Notes under the pieces: generated by a model | Databases searched by the model: none | Told to the model about the DNA's origin: nothing | The model's input: the letters and a program-made list of their open reading frames with translations, nothing else | In this document: positions 1 through 9,934 of the stretch, piece by piece | Layout: each line of letters begins with the position of its first letter | Numbering within the stretch: position 1 is the first letter of the stretch | Made by a program: the position numbers and the translations under genes | DNA from: Flavobacteriales bacterium | GTDB taxonomy: Bacteria > Bacteroidota > Bacteroidia > Flavobacteriales_D > Sanyastnellaceae | Reading direction: 5' to 3' | DNA: 55,778 nt | NCBI GenBank assembly: GCA_030828175.1 | Contig: JAURDB010000001.1 | Location: forward strand, 1-55,778

Positions 1-585
1 GTAAGCCTCCTGTATGGACAGGCCATAAACGTCTTGGATTCCGGGGCGGTTGACGAGGTCGATGTCCAATGCATCAATGACCTTGAGCCATTCGTAATAG
101 CCTCCTTCGAGCACGGTATCAATGGCCTCGCGGAATTCGACCTCCGCCTCTGGTAGGGAAGGCTGAACGGCAGTCGCCGTGAGCGCATCGAACCCCGGTG
201 CCTCCACAACCAAATCGTACTTCCCTGGACTGAGGTCCAACGGCAAAGCCAACGGAAGCACGTGCATCATCTGATTGTTCCAGGATTCGCCGACCGGTGC
301 GATATCTTCAGGCGCCCACTCCAACACCACCGTGCCGTTGAACAGCATTTGGGCCGTCACCCCCTCCGGAATGGTGGACCCTACCGAATCCAAAGTGCTT
401 GCGGTTTGATACAGGCATGCCACGGCAGAAGCGTCGCCTGAAGCCAGGACCACAGTGGCCGACAATTCCGGCGCGCGCTCGGGAAATGCGATTTCACGGA
501 TGACGCCATCTGCCCATTGCTCACATCCCGTCATGAGAATGAAGCCTGCCAGCCATAAGGGGTGCTTTAGAACTTGAATTGCCAT
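1..585 (-). CDS. DUF4249-like lipoprotein, partial (N-terminal 195 aa; C-terminus lies beyond the window edge)
   Basis: This gene is absent from the ORF track because it runs off the window. Hand translation from ATG at 585 (minus strand) gives MAIQVLKHPLWLAGFILMTGCEQWADGVIREIAFPERAPELSATVVLASGD... and stays open to position 1. It has a lipobox (LMTGC). The start overlaps the last codons of the upstream TonB-dependent receptor, and that receptor + small lipoprotein pairing is typical of Bacteroidota. Confidence 0.55.
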   Translation of the reverse strand, partial: MAIQVLKHPLWLAGFILMTGCEQWADGVIREIAFPERAPELSATVVLASGDASAVACLYQTASTLDSVGSTIPEGVTAQMLFNGTVVLEWAPEDIAPVGESWNNQMMHVLPLALPLDLSPGKYDLVVEAPGFDALTATAVQPSLPEAEVEFREAIDTVLEGGYYEWLKVIDALDIDLVNRPGIQDVYGLSIQEAY

Positions 586-2951
586 GCCACAGAAGGAATA
601 AAGGGAAACAGACCGTATTCGCGAATGACCGGGGTACCATCGTCGGCAGTGCCCGTCAGCGCGAAGAAGGGGTTCACATGGTTGGTCGCGTTGTACACGC
701 TCAGAACGAGTGAGCGCTCGCCGTTCTCCTTGACCTTGGTGCGGGTAGCACTGATGTCCATCCTTCGGTAGGGACTGAGGCGAAAGGAGTTGCGGTTGGT
801 GGGAACATCGAAATCGATGGGCGTCAACCCACCTTCCCAACCGGGAACCACACTGGTATAGGTGACTTCATTGAGGGTCAACGCACGACCGGTTCCGTAG
901 ACATAAGTACCCCCCAGCGTCCATTTGTCGCTCAATTCGTGCAAGACCACGATGGACAAATCATGTCTGCGATCGTAGGTAAAAGGAAAACGGTTGCCAT
1001 TGTTGACATCGTCAAAGCGCCGGTCCGTCCAGCTCAAGGTGTAGCCCACCCATCCGGAGGTCTTCCCCCGCTTCTTCTGTACCAGCAGCTCCACCCCGTA
1101 ACTGCGTCCTTCGCCTTGGGTGACCTCGTCTTCCCAAGTCGAATTCTGGAAAGCAAAGGCTGCGGTACCAAAGCTTGATCCTTCCTTGTATCCCAGCAGG
1201 TTGTCCATCTCCTTGTAGTAGCCTTCAATGCTGACTTCATACCCGTCGAATGTGCGAGCGCCCCCCAATGCCACCTGCCAACTTTCCTGCGGCCGAATCC
1301 GCGCGGTGGAAGGAAGCCAAAGGTCTGTGGGCAACGTCAGGCCTTCGTTGGTCAGCAGGTTGACGAATTGGGTCATCTCGGCATAGGATGCCTTGAGCGC
1401 AACACCATTGGACAAGCGCTGATTCAGGGCGAGTCTGGGTTGGAGGGATTGATAGGAGACACCCTCCACAAAAAGGCTGGAGATGTGGCAGCCCACGTTG
1501 GCCTTCAACCTGTCATTCAGGTCAACTTCATCCTCGACGTAAACAAAAGCCTCCGTGGAGAAAAGGTCAGGCGAACCCAGCGTGGTGTCGAGATTGAACT
1601 CATCTCCCGCATTGAGGATGACCTGGGTCGCTCCCGGGTAAAATTGGTGCCGCGTCAGGTTTCCGCCGAATCTCACATAGTGGCGGTTGTTCGGGGTGTA
1701 GTCGAAATCAATCCGGCCTCCAAAATCGCGAATGCCTGAATTGTAGAGCGACGCGATGCGCTGCACCTCGTCATCCCCCGGGCCGGTGCGTGTTTCGGAG
1801 AAGTCGAAACCGGTATTGAAGTCGTACCGGCTTTTCATGAGGGTGACATTGCTGAAGAGATTGTGGGTCCATTCGTGGTTCCAGCGCAGGGCCAACACGG
1901 AATTGCGCCAATCGAGCCCCACGTCGATTTCATCCACACCGCCGGGAAAAGTCTCACGTGTGTCCAGACCGAAATCATCCAGGCCCTGAAATGTGCTCAG
2001 ATACAGCCTGTCACGGTTGCCCAGACGCCAATTCACCTTGGCGTTCAGGTCGTGGAAGAAATAAGCAGGGTTGACGGAAGACCCCTCGGGCGTGGAGGCC
2101 CGAATGATGGGGTTGATCAACAGGTCCAGATAAGTCCGCCGACCACTGACCATGAAAGAGGCCTTGTCTTTCACCAAGGGACCTTCAAGGGTCAGTTTGG
2201 AGGCTATCATGGAAACCGAACCTGCGCCGTGGATTTCCTTTTTGTGCCCTTCTTTCATCGTGACCTCCAGAATCGAGCTGAGTCGTCCACCATATCGGGC
2301 CGGATATCCTCCCTTGGTGATGGAGAGGTTGCGAACGGCATCGGCATTGAACACGGAAAAGAAGCCGAAAAGGTGACTCACGCTGTACAGCGGCACCCCG
2401 TCCAAAAGAATCAAGTTCTGGTCCGGACTGCCCCCCCGGACATAGATGCCGCTGGAGCCTTCGTTGCCCGATTGTACGCCGGGTAGCAACTGCAGTGTCT
2501 TCAAAAGGTCCACCTCACCCGCAATGGCCGGCATGCGTTTGATCTGTTCAACCGGAATGTCAATCTTGGACATCTGCACCCGCTCCTCGATGCGTTCCGA
2601 TGCACCGGCTTCCACCACCGCCTCTCCCAGTTGCAAACCCGCCGAGAGTTCGACGTCCAGTTTGGCGTCTCCATTCAGCGTGATTTCGACTTTCTGGGGG
2701 GCATATCCGAGATAGGAGAACAAGACCTCCTGGGTTCCACATGGCAAAGTGATGCTGTAGTGGCCATACAAGTTGGCAGCCGTTCCGGATGCGGATGCCG
2801 CGTGCCATACCGTGGCGCCCAACAGCTGTTCTCCACTTTCTACATCGACCACGTAACCACTCAGCGTGCACTCAGCATCCTGCGCCATTGCCGAGACGGC
2901 GACGAAAAGAAAAATGGGAAAAAAGAAGATCGGCTTCAGATTCTGCTTCAT
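567..2951 (-). CDS. TonB-dependent outer-membrane receptor with N-terminal CarboxypepD_reg-like domain
   Basis: The ORF is 567..3035. The likely start is the internal Met at 2951 (MKQNLKPIFFFPIFLFVAVSAMAQ signal peptide). It has a CTLSGYVVD carboxypeptidase-regulatory-like N-terminus, a plug-like region (DQNLILLDGVPLY), and a beta-barrel ending in the terminal aromatic ...AWQFKF. Confidence 0.9.
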   Translation of the reverse strand: MKQNLKPIFFFPIFLFVAVSAMAQDAECTLSGYVVDVESGEQLLGATVWHAASASGTAANLYGHYSITLPCGTQEVLFSYLGYAPQKVEITLNGDAKLDVELSAGLQLGEAVVEAGASERIEERVQMSKIDIPVEQIKRMPAIAGEVDLLKTLQLLPGVQSGNEGSSGIYVRGGSPDQNLILLDGVPLYSVSHLFGFFSVFNADAVRNLSITKGGYPARYGGRLSSILEVTMKEGHKKEIHGAGSVSMIASKLTLEGPLVKDKASFMVSGRRTYLDLLINPIIRASTPEGSSVNPAYFFHDLNAKVNWRLGNRDRLYLSTFQGLDDFGLDTRETFPGGVDEIDVGLDWRNSVLALRWNHEWTHNLFSNVTLMKSRYDFNTGFDFSETRTGPGDDEVQRIASLYNSGIRDFGGRIDFDYTPNNRHYVRFGGNLTRHQFYPGATQVILNAGDEFNLDTTLGSPDLFSTEAFVYVEDEVDLNDRLKANVGCHISSLFVEGVSYQSLQPRLALNQRLSNGVALKASYAEMTQFVNLLTNEGLTLPTDLWLPSTARIRPQESWQVALGGARTFDGYEVSIEGYYKEMDNLLGYKEGSSFGTAAFAFQNSTWEDEVTQGEGRSYGVELLVQKKRGKTSGWVGYTLSWTDRRFDDVNNGNRFPFTYDRRHDLSIVVLHELSDKWTLGGTYVYGTGRALTLNEVTYTSVVPGWEGGLTPIDFDVPTNRNSFRLSPYRRMDISATRTKVKENGERSLVLSVYNATNHVNPFFALTGTADDGTPVIREYGLFPFIPSVAWQFKF

Positions 2952-3115
2952 GGAAAGGAGTAGAAGGGGGCAAGTTCGGTTGAAATCGGCGGGCATGACT
3001 CCGCGCTTCGTGGACGGGGCATTCAGGTTCATCAACGCGGTTCAGGGGGCTTCAGCATGTCCAACCTTTCTCCCCCTTCGTTATCTTTGGAGTCCCTTCT
3101 GAGCGGAAGGAAAAA

Positions 3116-3188
3116 CGGGATGTGGCGCAGTTGGTAGCGCGCGTCGTTCGGGACGACGAGGTCGCTGGTTCGAGTCCAGTCATCCCGA
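3116..3188 (+). tRNA. tRNA-Pro (anticodon CGG)
   Basis: A hand-folded 73-nt cloverleaf fits. Acceptor stem is CGGGATG/CATCCCG, D stem GCGC/GCGC, anticodon stem CGTCG/CGACG with loop TTCGGGA (CGG, G37), T stem GCTGG/CCAGT with loop TTCGAGT, and discriminator A. No CCA is encoded. Confidence 0.85.
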
Positions 3189-3193
3189 CTCAA

Positions 3194-3224
3194 AAAGAAG
3201 GCGGTTCCCCGGGAGTCGCCTTTT
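3194..3224. terminator. Putative bidirectional terminator between tRNA-Pro and the convergent aro gene
   Basis: An A-run precedes an imperfect GC hairpin (aaggcg...cgcctt) and a T-run follows it. The element sits exactly between the tRNA 3' end and the stop codon at 3225-3227 of the minus-strand CDS. Confidence 0.4.
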
Positions 3225-4301
3225 TCATGTCCCTTTCGGGGTTGCCTCTTCGTTTTCCGCACCCTCTTGCATGATTCTCTTCTGAATGGCAATGGAAGCC
3301 TGGTGAATCGATTTGAAGACATCAGAAGTGAACCCGGGATCTATGCCCTGTTCCAAGCCGAGGTCTTGGTTGCGTTTGAGCAACTCATTCCAGCGGGTGT
3401 TCTGCAGGATCGTCAAGCCATGTGCCTTTTTGTAATGGCCGATTTTCTCTGAGAGTCCCATCCTGCGGGCAAACAATTCAATCAGGGCTTCGTCGACCAT
3501 GTTGATTTCGGCCCGCATGGAAAACAGGTCATCGGCCTCGATTTCCGCTCCCGAAGAACGCATCACCATTCCCGAAATCAATTCAGCAAAGGCCTGGGGT
3601 GTCAATTGTTGCGCTGCGTCGGTCCAGGCCTCATCCGGTGCAGGATGCGTCTCAACCATCAACCCATCGAATGCCAGGTCCATGGCCATTTGACTCACCT
3701 CGGACAAGAGCTCCCTTTTGCCACAGATATGACTGGGGTCATTCAGCAGGGGAATCTGGGGCAAGCGATTGCGGAAATCGATGGGGATTTGCCACAACGG
3801 GGCATTGCGGTACTTCTTCTGGCCGTGGACGGCGAATCCCCGGTGGATGGCCATGAGGTTGCTGATGCCAGCCAGATCCATGCGTTCGAAAGCACCCAAC
3901 CAAAGCGCGAGATCGGGATGGGTCGGGTTTTTAATCGCTACGGGTACTTCCACACCTTTTAGGCTGTCCGCAATCTCTTGCACCTGAAAAGGATTGGTTG
4001 TTGTCCTTGCCCCCACCCAGAGCAAATCGATCTCGGCTTTCAGCGCTTCCTCCACATGCCGGGCATTGGCCACCTCGGTGCACACCTTGAGCCCAAAGCT
4101 CGATTTCACCTCTGTCAACCATGGCAGACCGGTGCTTCCGACGCCTTCAAAAGCGCCGGGTTGGGTTCGGGGCTTCCAGATTCCGGCCCGGAAATAGTCA
4201 ATGCTTGAGGAAACCAATCCTTCAGCGGTGGTCAAGACTTGATCTCTTGACTCCGCGCTGCAAGGTCCGGCAATGAGTATGGGTGTATGGGAATCCATCA
4301 T
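3225..4301 (-). CDS. Bifunctional 3-deoxy-7-phosphoheptulonate (DAHP) synthase / chorismate mutase type II
   Basis: 358 aa. The N-terminus PILIAGPCSAES and the KDSA/DAHPS type I-beta-like body are followed by a C-terminal AroQ-like chorismate mutase segment (EINMVDEALIELFARRMGLSEKIGHYK). A 4-nt overlap with the upstream aminotransferase indicates an operon. Confidence 0.85.
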   Translation of the reverse strand: MMDSHTPILIAGPCSAESRDQVLTTAEGLVSSSIDYFRAGIWKPRTQPGAFEGVGSTGLPWLTEVKSSFGLKVCTEVANARHVEEALKAEIDLLWVGARTTTNPFQVQEIADSLKGVEVPVAIKNPTHPDLALWLGAFERMDLAGISNLMAIHRGFAVHGQKKYRNAPLWQIPIDFRNRLPQIPLLNDPSHICGKRELLSEVSQMAMDLAFDGLMVETHPAPDEAWTDAAQQLTPQAFAELISGMVMRSSGAEIEADDLFSMRAEINMVDEALIELFARRMGLSEKIGHYKKAHGLTILQNTRWNELLKRNQDLGLEQGIDPGFTSDVFKSIHQASIAIQKRIMQEGAENEEATPKGT

Positions 4302-5488
4302 GACAAAAGTGGGGATGCAATTCGGATGCGATCATGTGCTTCTGCCAAGCGCCCAGGGGTGCTGCACAGGGAAAGTCGGACAAAGGGGAGCCCTTGGCTG
4401 CCAAACACGCTCCCCGGCGTGAGAAATACATGGCATTGCTCCAAGAGTGCATCAGAAAGACGGTCGCCGTCCCATGCCTCCGGCGTCCTGGCCCAGAGGA
4501 ACAGCCCGGCTTGTCCTTCGCGCACATGGCAGCCCAGTTCGCAGAGGAGCCGGAGCCCCGTTTCCCTTCTTCTTCTCAGGGATTCGTTCATTTGGGCGAT
4601 GTCTGCTTCTCCTGCTTCCATGGCCATCATCGCCGCCTTTTGCAAGGGGCGCCAACTTCCAGAAGCAAACTGCGTGGAGACCTTGTACATCGGCCCGATG
4701 AGGCCGGGGGCCCCAACGGCGAATCCGATGCGCGCACCCGAAAGTCGGTGCGATTTGCTCAAGGAGTGGAGCTCAATGCAGTGGTCCAGACTCCCGTTGA
4801 GCTGGTGGATGCTGAAAGGGGGCTGCGCGTTCAAAACCCGCGCATAAGGGTTGTCATGCACGACCAGCAACCCATTTTCTCGGGCCCAGTCCACCACCTC
4901 TTGGAGACGCACCGCATCGGGGGAGGCGCCGGTTGGCATGTGCGGGTAATTCAGCCACATCAACCTGACGGGATGACCCTCGTCCGCGGAACGCCGGGTG
5001 AGGACATCCAATGCAGCAACATCCGGATGGAAATTTTCCTCCTCATCGAGGTTGTAGGGGCACACGACTCCTCCGGCCAGCCGGGTAGCAGAAGAATAGG
5101 TGGGGTAGCCCGGGTTGGGAACGAGCGCAGCGTCTCCCGGATCCAAATGAGCCAATGACAAAAAGCCACAACCTTCCTTGCTCCCCATCAAGGGCACAAT
5201 GCCCCGGACATCCATGGCAATGCCGAATGCACTCCGGAGATACTGCCCCATGCCATCCACCAGGCCGGCGGAGCCTTGGTAGGGTTGGTACCGAAATGCA
5301 TCGGCTTCTTGCATGTCACGGTTGATTTCCCCCAAGATTTCATTCATGGGAGGGAGGTCCGGGCTTCCGACTCCCAGGTTGATGACATCCTTGCCCTCCG
5401 CCATCATCCGCCTGATTTCCGCAAGCTTGTCGGCGAAATAGTAGTTGGATGAGCGCGCCGCCCGTGCTGCTACGTGGGGCTTTTTCAT
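4298..5488 (-). CDS. Class I/II pyridoxal-phosphate aminotransferase (aromatic/prephenate aminotransferase context)
   Basis: 396 aa. It has aminotransferase class I features (NLGVGSPDLPP, NPGYPTY, SLSKSH with the PLP lysine). ATGA-type overlaps occur on both sides within the aromatic amino-acid operon. Confidence 0.85.
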   Translation of the reverse strand: MKKPHVAARAARSSNYYFADKLAEIRRMMAEGKDVINLGVGSPDLPPMNEILGEINRDMQEADAFRYQPYQGSAGLVDGMGQYLRSAFGIAMDVRGIVPLMGSKEGCGFLSLAHLDPGDAALVPNPGYPTYSSATRLAGGVVCPYNLDEEENFHPDVAALDVLTRRSADEGHPVRLMWLNYPHMPTGASPDAVRLQEVVDWARENGLLVVHDNPYARVLNAQPPFSIHQLNGSLDHCIELHSLSKSHRLSGARIGFAVGAPGLIGPMYKVSTQFASGSWRPLQKAAMMAMEAGEADIAQMNESLRRRRETGLRLLCELGCHVREGQAGLFLWARTPEAWDGDRLSDALLEQCHVFLTPGSVFGSQGLPFVRLSLCSTPGRLAEAHDRIRIASPLLS

Positions 5489-6315
5489 GATTCAGCCGTG
5501 ATGTCCCGCCTGTAAATGCCAAGGAGGGAGAGCGCCTCCGCATAGCGCCCCAATTCTTCGAGGCCCGAAAGCAAACGATCGGCATCTGTCCCCTCCAGGT
5601 CCATGACGAATTCATAGGCATAAGGGCGTCCCAACAGCGGCATTGACTCCACCTTCGACAGTGAAATCTCATGGCGGAACAAAATGGAAAGCGCAGCGTT
5701 CAGGCTGCCGGTTTGGTGCGGAAGAACCAGGGTGGCCGTAGCCAGATTGGCTCCTGTTGGAATCGAACCTGTCCTCCCTCGTTCAATGACCAGGAACCGC
5801 GTCAAGTTCGCAGAATCGTCCGCGATGTCAGACCCGAGACATTGCAAACCATAAATCTCCAAAGCACGGGCACTGGCGATGCATCCCACGTGCTGCCATT
5901 GGTTGTCCTTGATCAACTTGGCGGCCACGGCTGTGTCCTCATCATGGACCAGGCGGATCCCGGGGTAAGGCTGAAAGAAGTGGCGACATTGGTTCAGCGC
6001 CATATGATGTGACCGCACCTCCTTCAACGACTCCGTGGTGACCCCGGGCAGGGCCCCGAGATTCTGGATGATGGGCATTCGGACCTCACCTACAATGCGC
6101 AATTCTCGGCTTCCCAGCAGCCTGAGATTCCGCTGCATCGTGCCCGAAATGGTGTTCTCCAGTGCCATCACGGCACGGTCACACTTTCCTTCCAGCAAAT
6201 CGTCGAGCAAGTCCGGGAAATCCCGACACGGATGAAGGACCAGTCCATCTCCAAACCACTTCAACGCCGCCTCTTCATGAAAGGCCCCCCGTATGCCTTG
6301 TATTCCTACCTTCAT
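5485..6315 (-). CDS. pheA: Prephenate dehydratase
   Basis: The ORF is 5485..6444. The likely start is Met at 6315 (MKVGIQGIRGAFHEEAA, a typical PDT N-terminus). A C-terminal ACT-like domain is present (TLVLPHQTGSLNAALS, ESMPLLGRPYAYEFVMDLEG). Confidence 0.85.
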   Translation of the reverse strand: MKVGIQGIRGAFHEEAALKWFGDGLVLHPCRDFPDLLDDLLEGKCDRAVMALENTISGTMQRNLRLLGSRELRIVGEVRMPIIQNLGALPGVTTESLKEVRSHHMALNQCRHFFQPYPGIRLVHDEDTAVAAKLIKDNQWQHVGCIASARALEIYGLQCLGSDIADDSANLTRFLVIERGRTGSIPTGANLATATLVLPHQTGSLNAALSILFRHEISLSKVESMPLLGRPYAYEFVMDLEGTDADRLLSGLEELGRYAEALSLLGIYRRDITAES

Positions 6316-6474
6316 CTGCACTGCGACGGCAAAATCAACCGCTCCGTTTCTGAGCGGCTTAAGTTCGCATGATTCTGCTGATGGTGCCGATTGAAAGGCA
6401 TAAGCTTCCCACGCCTCATTGTGACCAAAGCCCACGTGATGCATTTCGCATCAGCGCTTCATCCCCGTATCGAG

Positions 6475-9400
6475 ATGTCAGACGGGAATCGGCGGTACAT
6501 TTCCGGCATGATTCCATTTCCTCGTGCCCTTTTGATTGCTTTGTGTTTCCTTTTGACAGGGAGCGTCAATTCCCAAATGGCCAATCCTTATGTGCATTCC
6601 GACCCCATGGAAGTGCGTTTGGCGCCACTATGGGAAACCCCCAACGAAGGACAGCAATCCCAGTGGAGAAAGACCGGATTCTGGAGTCAATTCAAGGCGG
6701 AACACCCCCTTTGGCAGGCCCAATTTCACCCTGCAACCGCCACAGTTCATAGGGCTTATGGCCCGGCCATTCCCGCATCCAACCCAACGGATTGGCTGGA
6801 GGAGCAATTGGAATTTGCAGGTTGGTCTTCCGAGCTGGGGCCTTGGAATACCGTGGCCATGGGAAAACACAACATGAGCCGCTCTGTGCAAATGGTGGAG
6901 GGTCGCGTGGTTCTGGGAACGGAGTTCGTCGTCAAGACGGCCGAATCCGGAGTGGTCATGTGGGGAGCCCAATGCTTTGAGAATGCTGCATGGCCTGAGG
7001 ACAATGCTTTTTTGGCGGAGCAGGAACTGATGGACGCGGCCACAGCCGGATTGGATTTGTCATCCATGATGGCGGCCATGGGAGAGGAGTCTCTTCTGCC
7101 CGTTTTGGAAGAGGAGGGAGAACTGCGTGTTTATGCTTTCCGTCCCGTCAAAAAAGTTCAAGTATCCGGCACGCGGGAGGACGGTACTCCCGTGCAGTAT
7201 GCCACCTGGGTGGACATGGTGACGGGTCAGGTTTGGGAACGACAGAACCAAGTCCGGCACATAGGCAAGCCGCATGGCAAGCCTGCCAAGAAGCAAGTAC
7301 TTTCCATGGGGTCCCCGGCCATGCTGCAGACACTGAATTGCCAGATCACCGGTACCGTGCATTTGACCCAGCCTTTCGAAGAAGCCGTAGAGGTCGGTCT
7401 GGAAAACCTTTGGGTTCAAACGCAACAAGGAGCAGCCAATACGGCGCAAGGAGGGATGCTCACCCTCGATGGAGATGCCCCACAGCAAATTGGCCTCGAC
7501 CTGATGGGGTTATGGAGCACGGTCACTTCAAATGGGGTGACACCCAACTTTGAGGTGACGCTGGAAGGAGACGAGGTCGTGACATGGGATGGCACTGCGA
7601 ACATTCGGGAATTGAGTGCTTATCACAGTGTGAACCGCATTCACGACCACATGCAGTCGTGGTTGCCCGGGTTTGATGGGCTTGACTTTGCATTGCCCAC
7701 ACTGATTGATGTTTCCGGGACTTGCAATGCATTCTATACCCCGGGCGACCCCAGCATCAACTTCTATTCCGAAGGCGATGGGTGCAATGCTTTTTCGCTT
7801 GTGGCCGACGTGGTTTTCCACGAGTATGGTCATGGCATCAATGACCTTTTCTACGAAAGCCTGGGGAGCTCATTCATCAATGGTGCCATGGGGGAGGGCT
7901 ACGCTGACCTTTGGGCCATCAGCCTCAGTGAAAATCCCATCTTGGGAGAGGGGTGCTACAGTGACGATGCGGAGTCGTACATCAGGCGGTACGACATGGA
8001 CCCCAAGGTGTACCCCCAGGACTTGGTCGGACAAGTGCACGCGGATGGCGAAATCATCTGTGGCGCCTGGTATGACACCCACCTCCTCATGGGTGGCGAT
8101 TGGGACCTGACGCGGGAACTGTTTGTGGAGGCCTACGCCGGGCTGCAAGCGACGAATTTCGATGGCAATGAAGGCGAGGCCTATGTGGAGGTTTTGCTGG
8201 ACGTCCTCCAGGCAGACGATGACAATGCCGACCTGTCCGATGGAACACCCAATGGTGCAGCGATCCTGGAAGGATTCGGCATCCACGGCATCACCCTGTT
8301 CAGCAATGTCGACATCGGTCACGTGGCCGAGGAGTACAGCCCTGCAGGCGACCCCATCGTCCTCGATGCCAATGCCTTGGTGCTGTTTCCCTTCAGTCAG
8401 TATTTCGGCAGTTGCAATGTCTATTACCGGAGTCACGTCTACGAGGACTGGACGGAAATGCCCATGGTTCAAACGGCCGGGAGCACCTATTCTGCCGATA
8501 TCCCCGCCCAGGAGACCGGTACCGTTCTCGAATATCATTTCGGCATCACCGACATCTATGGCTCCGTCAGCGCCATCACGCCGTACAGCGCAGACAACGC
8601 TGCAAACCCCAATTTGCCATTTAACACCATTGTGGGGCTCAGTCCTGTGCTGATTGACGATCAAGACGATTACTCCGAATTCGGCTTCTGGCAATTGGGG
8701 TTGCCTGAAGACAATGCGACCACAGGACAATGGGAATCCGCCATTCCGGTTGGTTCATTCAGCAACCCGGGCGACCCCAGTTCCATTTGCGCACCCGACG
8801 AGGACCATACGCCCGGAGACGGGATTTACGCTTTCATCACCGGAGTCAGCCCCGGAGCGGATGCCGGCATTGGTTCGAACGACGTGGATGAAGGCAGCAC
8901 CACGCTTCAGTCCGAATCCATCGACCTGACCGGATTGACCACTCCGGTTCTCAGCTATTGGAGATGGTACGTCAACGCTCCAGCCAGCGGTGCCAACCCC
9001 GGCGCCGACTGGTGGCAAGTTTCCGTGAGTTCAGACGGAGGTGAGAATTGGATCAAGGTCGAAGAAACACTGACACAAGACATCTCTTGGCGAAGGAATG
9101 CTTTTGCCATAGAAGACTACGTTCCCCTGACCGACGCATTCCAAATTCGATTTACCGCATCTGACAGCCTGCGTCCTGATCAAGGTTTGCAGTTCGATGG
9201 AGGCTCCCTGATTGAAGCAGCCGTGGATGACCTGATCATTCATGACTTTGTCACTTCCGGGCTTGCAAACCAGGACCTCGACCATGGAATTGTTGCATGG
9301 CCCGTGCCCTTCTCTGACCGACTCCATGCCGCAGGATGGAATCCAGGCACCAATGTGCGGCTGCTGGATGCCCTTGGAAAAGAGGTGGCCAAAATCCAAG

Positions 9401-9522
9401 CCGGCCCCCTGGGTGAAGTTCACTTTGACACGGCGTTGATGCCTTCGGGCGTGCATGTTCTCGAAGGCGAGAATAGACAAGGAATCCTCCGACGAAAGGA
9501 AGTGGTGAGAGCAGGCAATTGA
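6475..9522 (+). CDS. Secreted thermolysin-clan (M4/M36-like) zinc metalloprotease with MAM-like domain and T9SS C-terminal domain
   Basis: The ORF is 6391..9522. The start is probably 6475 or 6508 (signal peptide MIPFPRALLIALCFLLTGSVNSQ). The zinc motif VVFHEYGHG is followed by a downstream GAMGEGYADLW, giving a gluzincin HExxH...E arrangement. A C-terminal sorting-type beta-sandwich is present. Confidence 0.8.
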   Translation: MSDGNRRYISGMIPFPRALLIALCFLLTGSVNSQMANPYVHSDPMEVRLAPLWETPNEGQQSQWRKTGFWSQFKAEHPLWQAQFHPATATVHRAYGPAIPASNPTDWLEEQLEFAGWSSELGPWNTVAMGKHNMSRSVQMVEGRVVLGTEFVVKTAESGVVMWGAQCFENAAWPEDNAFLAEQELMDAATAGLDLSSMMAAMGEESLLPVLEEEGELRVYAFRPVKKVQVSGTREDGTPVQYATWVDMVTGQVWERQNQVRHIGKPHGKPAKKQVLSMGSPAMLQTLNCQITGTVHLTQPFEEAVEVGLENLWVQTQQGAANTAQGGMLTLDGDAPQQIGLDLMGLWSTVTSNGVTPNFEVTLEGDEVVTWDGTANIRELSAYHSVNRIHDHMQSWLPGFDGLDFALPTLIDVSGTCNAFYTPGDPSINFYSEGDGCNAFSLVADVVFHEYGHGINDLFYESLGSSFINGAMGEGYADLWAISLSENPILGEGCYSDDAESYIRRYDMDPKVYPQDLVGQVHADGEIICGAWYDTHLLMGGDWDLTRELFVEAYAGLQATNFDGNEGEAYVEVLLDVLQADDDNADLSDGTPNGAAILEGFGIHGITLFSNVDIGHVAEEYSPAGDPIVLDANALVLFPFSQYFGSCNVYYRSHVYEDWTEMPMVQTAGSTYSADIPAQETGTVLEYHFGITDIYGSVSAITPYSADNAANPNLPFNTIVGLSPVLIDDQDDYSEFGFWQLGLPEDNATTGQWESAIPVGSFSNPGDPSSICAPDEDHTPGDGIYAFITGVSPGADAGIGSNDVDEGSTTLQSESIDLTGLTTPVLSYWRWYVNAPASGANPGADWWQVSVSSDGGENWIKVEETLTQDISWRRNAFAIEDYVPLTDAFQIRFTASDSLRPDQGLQFDGGSLIEAAVDDLIIHDFVTSGLANQDLDHGIVAWPVPFSDRLHAAGWNPGTNVRLLDALGKEVAKIQAGPLGEVHFDTALMPSGVHVLEGENRQGILRRKEVVRAGN
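9289..9519 (+). other. T9SS (Por) C-terminal sorting domain of the metalloprotease
   Basis: The last ~77 aa are IVAWPVPFSDRLHAAGWNPGTNVRLLDALGKEVAKIQ...SGVHVLEGENRQGILRRKEVVRAGN. They show the usual 'P-N/V-P-F...L.D..G..V......G.Y.l' layout of type A T9SS CTDs. Confidence 0.6.
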
Positions 9523-9563
9523 TTCCCTGCGCCGCACCATCTTTGCACCGCGATTTGTAAGCG

Positions 9564-9932
9564 ATGTCAAAGCCAATCAAACCCAGGCGCATGGCCATCA
9601 AGGCCGAGTGGCAGAGGGACAGCAATTCTTCCCCAGGGTTCAACAAATACTTCATTACCATCCGGGAAGTGGATGGTACGGAACTGAAAATGCCGGCCTA
9701 CGGTCGGGACATGCAGGATGCCTTGAGCCGCTTGGTCAAGACGGAAAGGGCCGAGAAATTGGCAGAAGTCACGGAAAAGGTGCCTGATTTTGTGTACGTC
9801 TTGCTGTTCCTGGGCACGCTCGGCGTAGGGGCAACACTGAGCCGAGCCAGTGGCGACCCGCTGTATTTCGCGGTAGGCGCAGGTGCGTTGGTTCTCCTCG
9901 TTGGATTGTACCTGCTCCGCTCCAAGAAATAG
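9564..9932 (+). CDS. Hypothetical small membrane protein
   Basis: 122 aa. A soluble N-terminal half is followed by two hydrophobic helices (FVYVLLFLGTLGVGATL, FAVGAGALVLLVGLYLL). I recognise no family. Confidence 0.5.
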   Translation: MSKPIKPRRMAIKAEWQRDSNSSPGFNKYFITIREVDGTELKMPAYGRDMQDALSRLVKTERAEKLAEVTEKVPDFVYVLLFLGTLGVGATLSRASGDPLYFAVGAGALVLLVGLYLLRSKK

Positions 9933-9934
9933 CG

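Noticed and set aside
3116-3188. tRNA-Pro as a possible genomic-island integration site
   Set aside because: Both flanks are core genes (a TonB-dependent receptor and the aromatic amino-acid operon). I saw no integrase or recombinase nearby, and I noticed no direct repeat of the tRNA 3' end. I did not do an exhaustive repeat search.
7870-8730. A 286-aa ORF on the minus strand
   Set aside because: It is antisense to the metalloprotease gene. It has no motifs and the composition typical of a shadow ORF.
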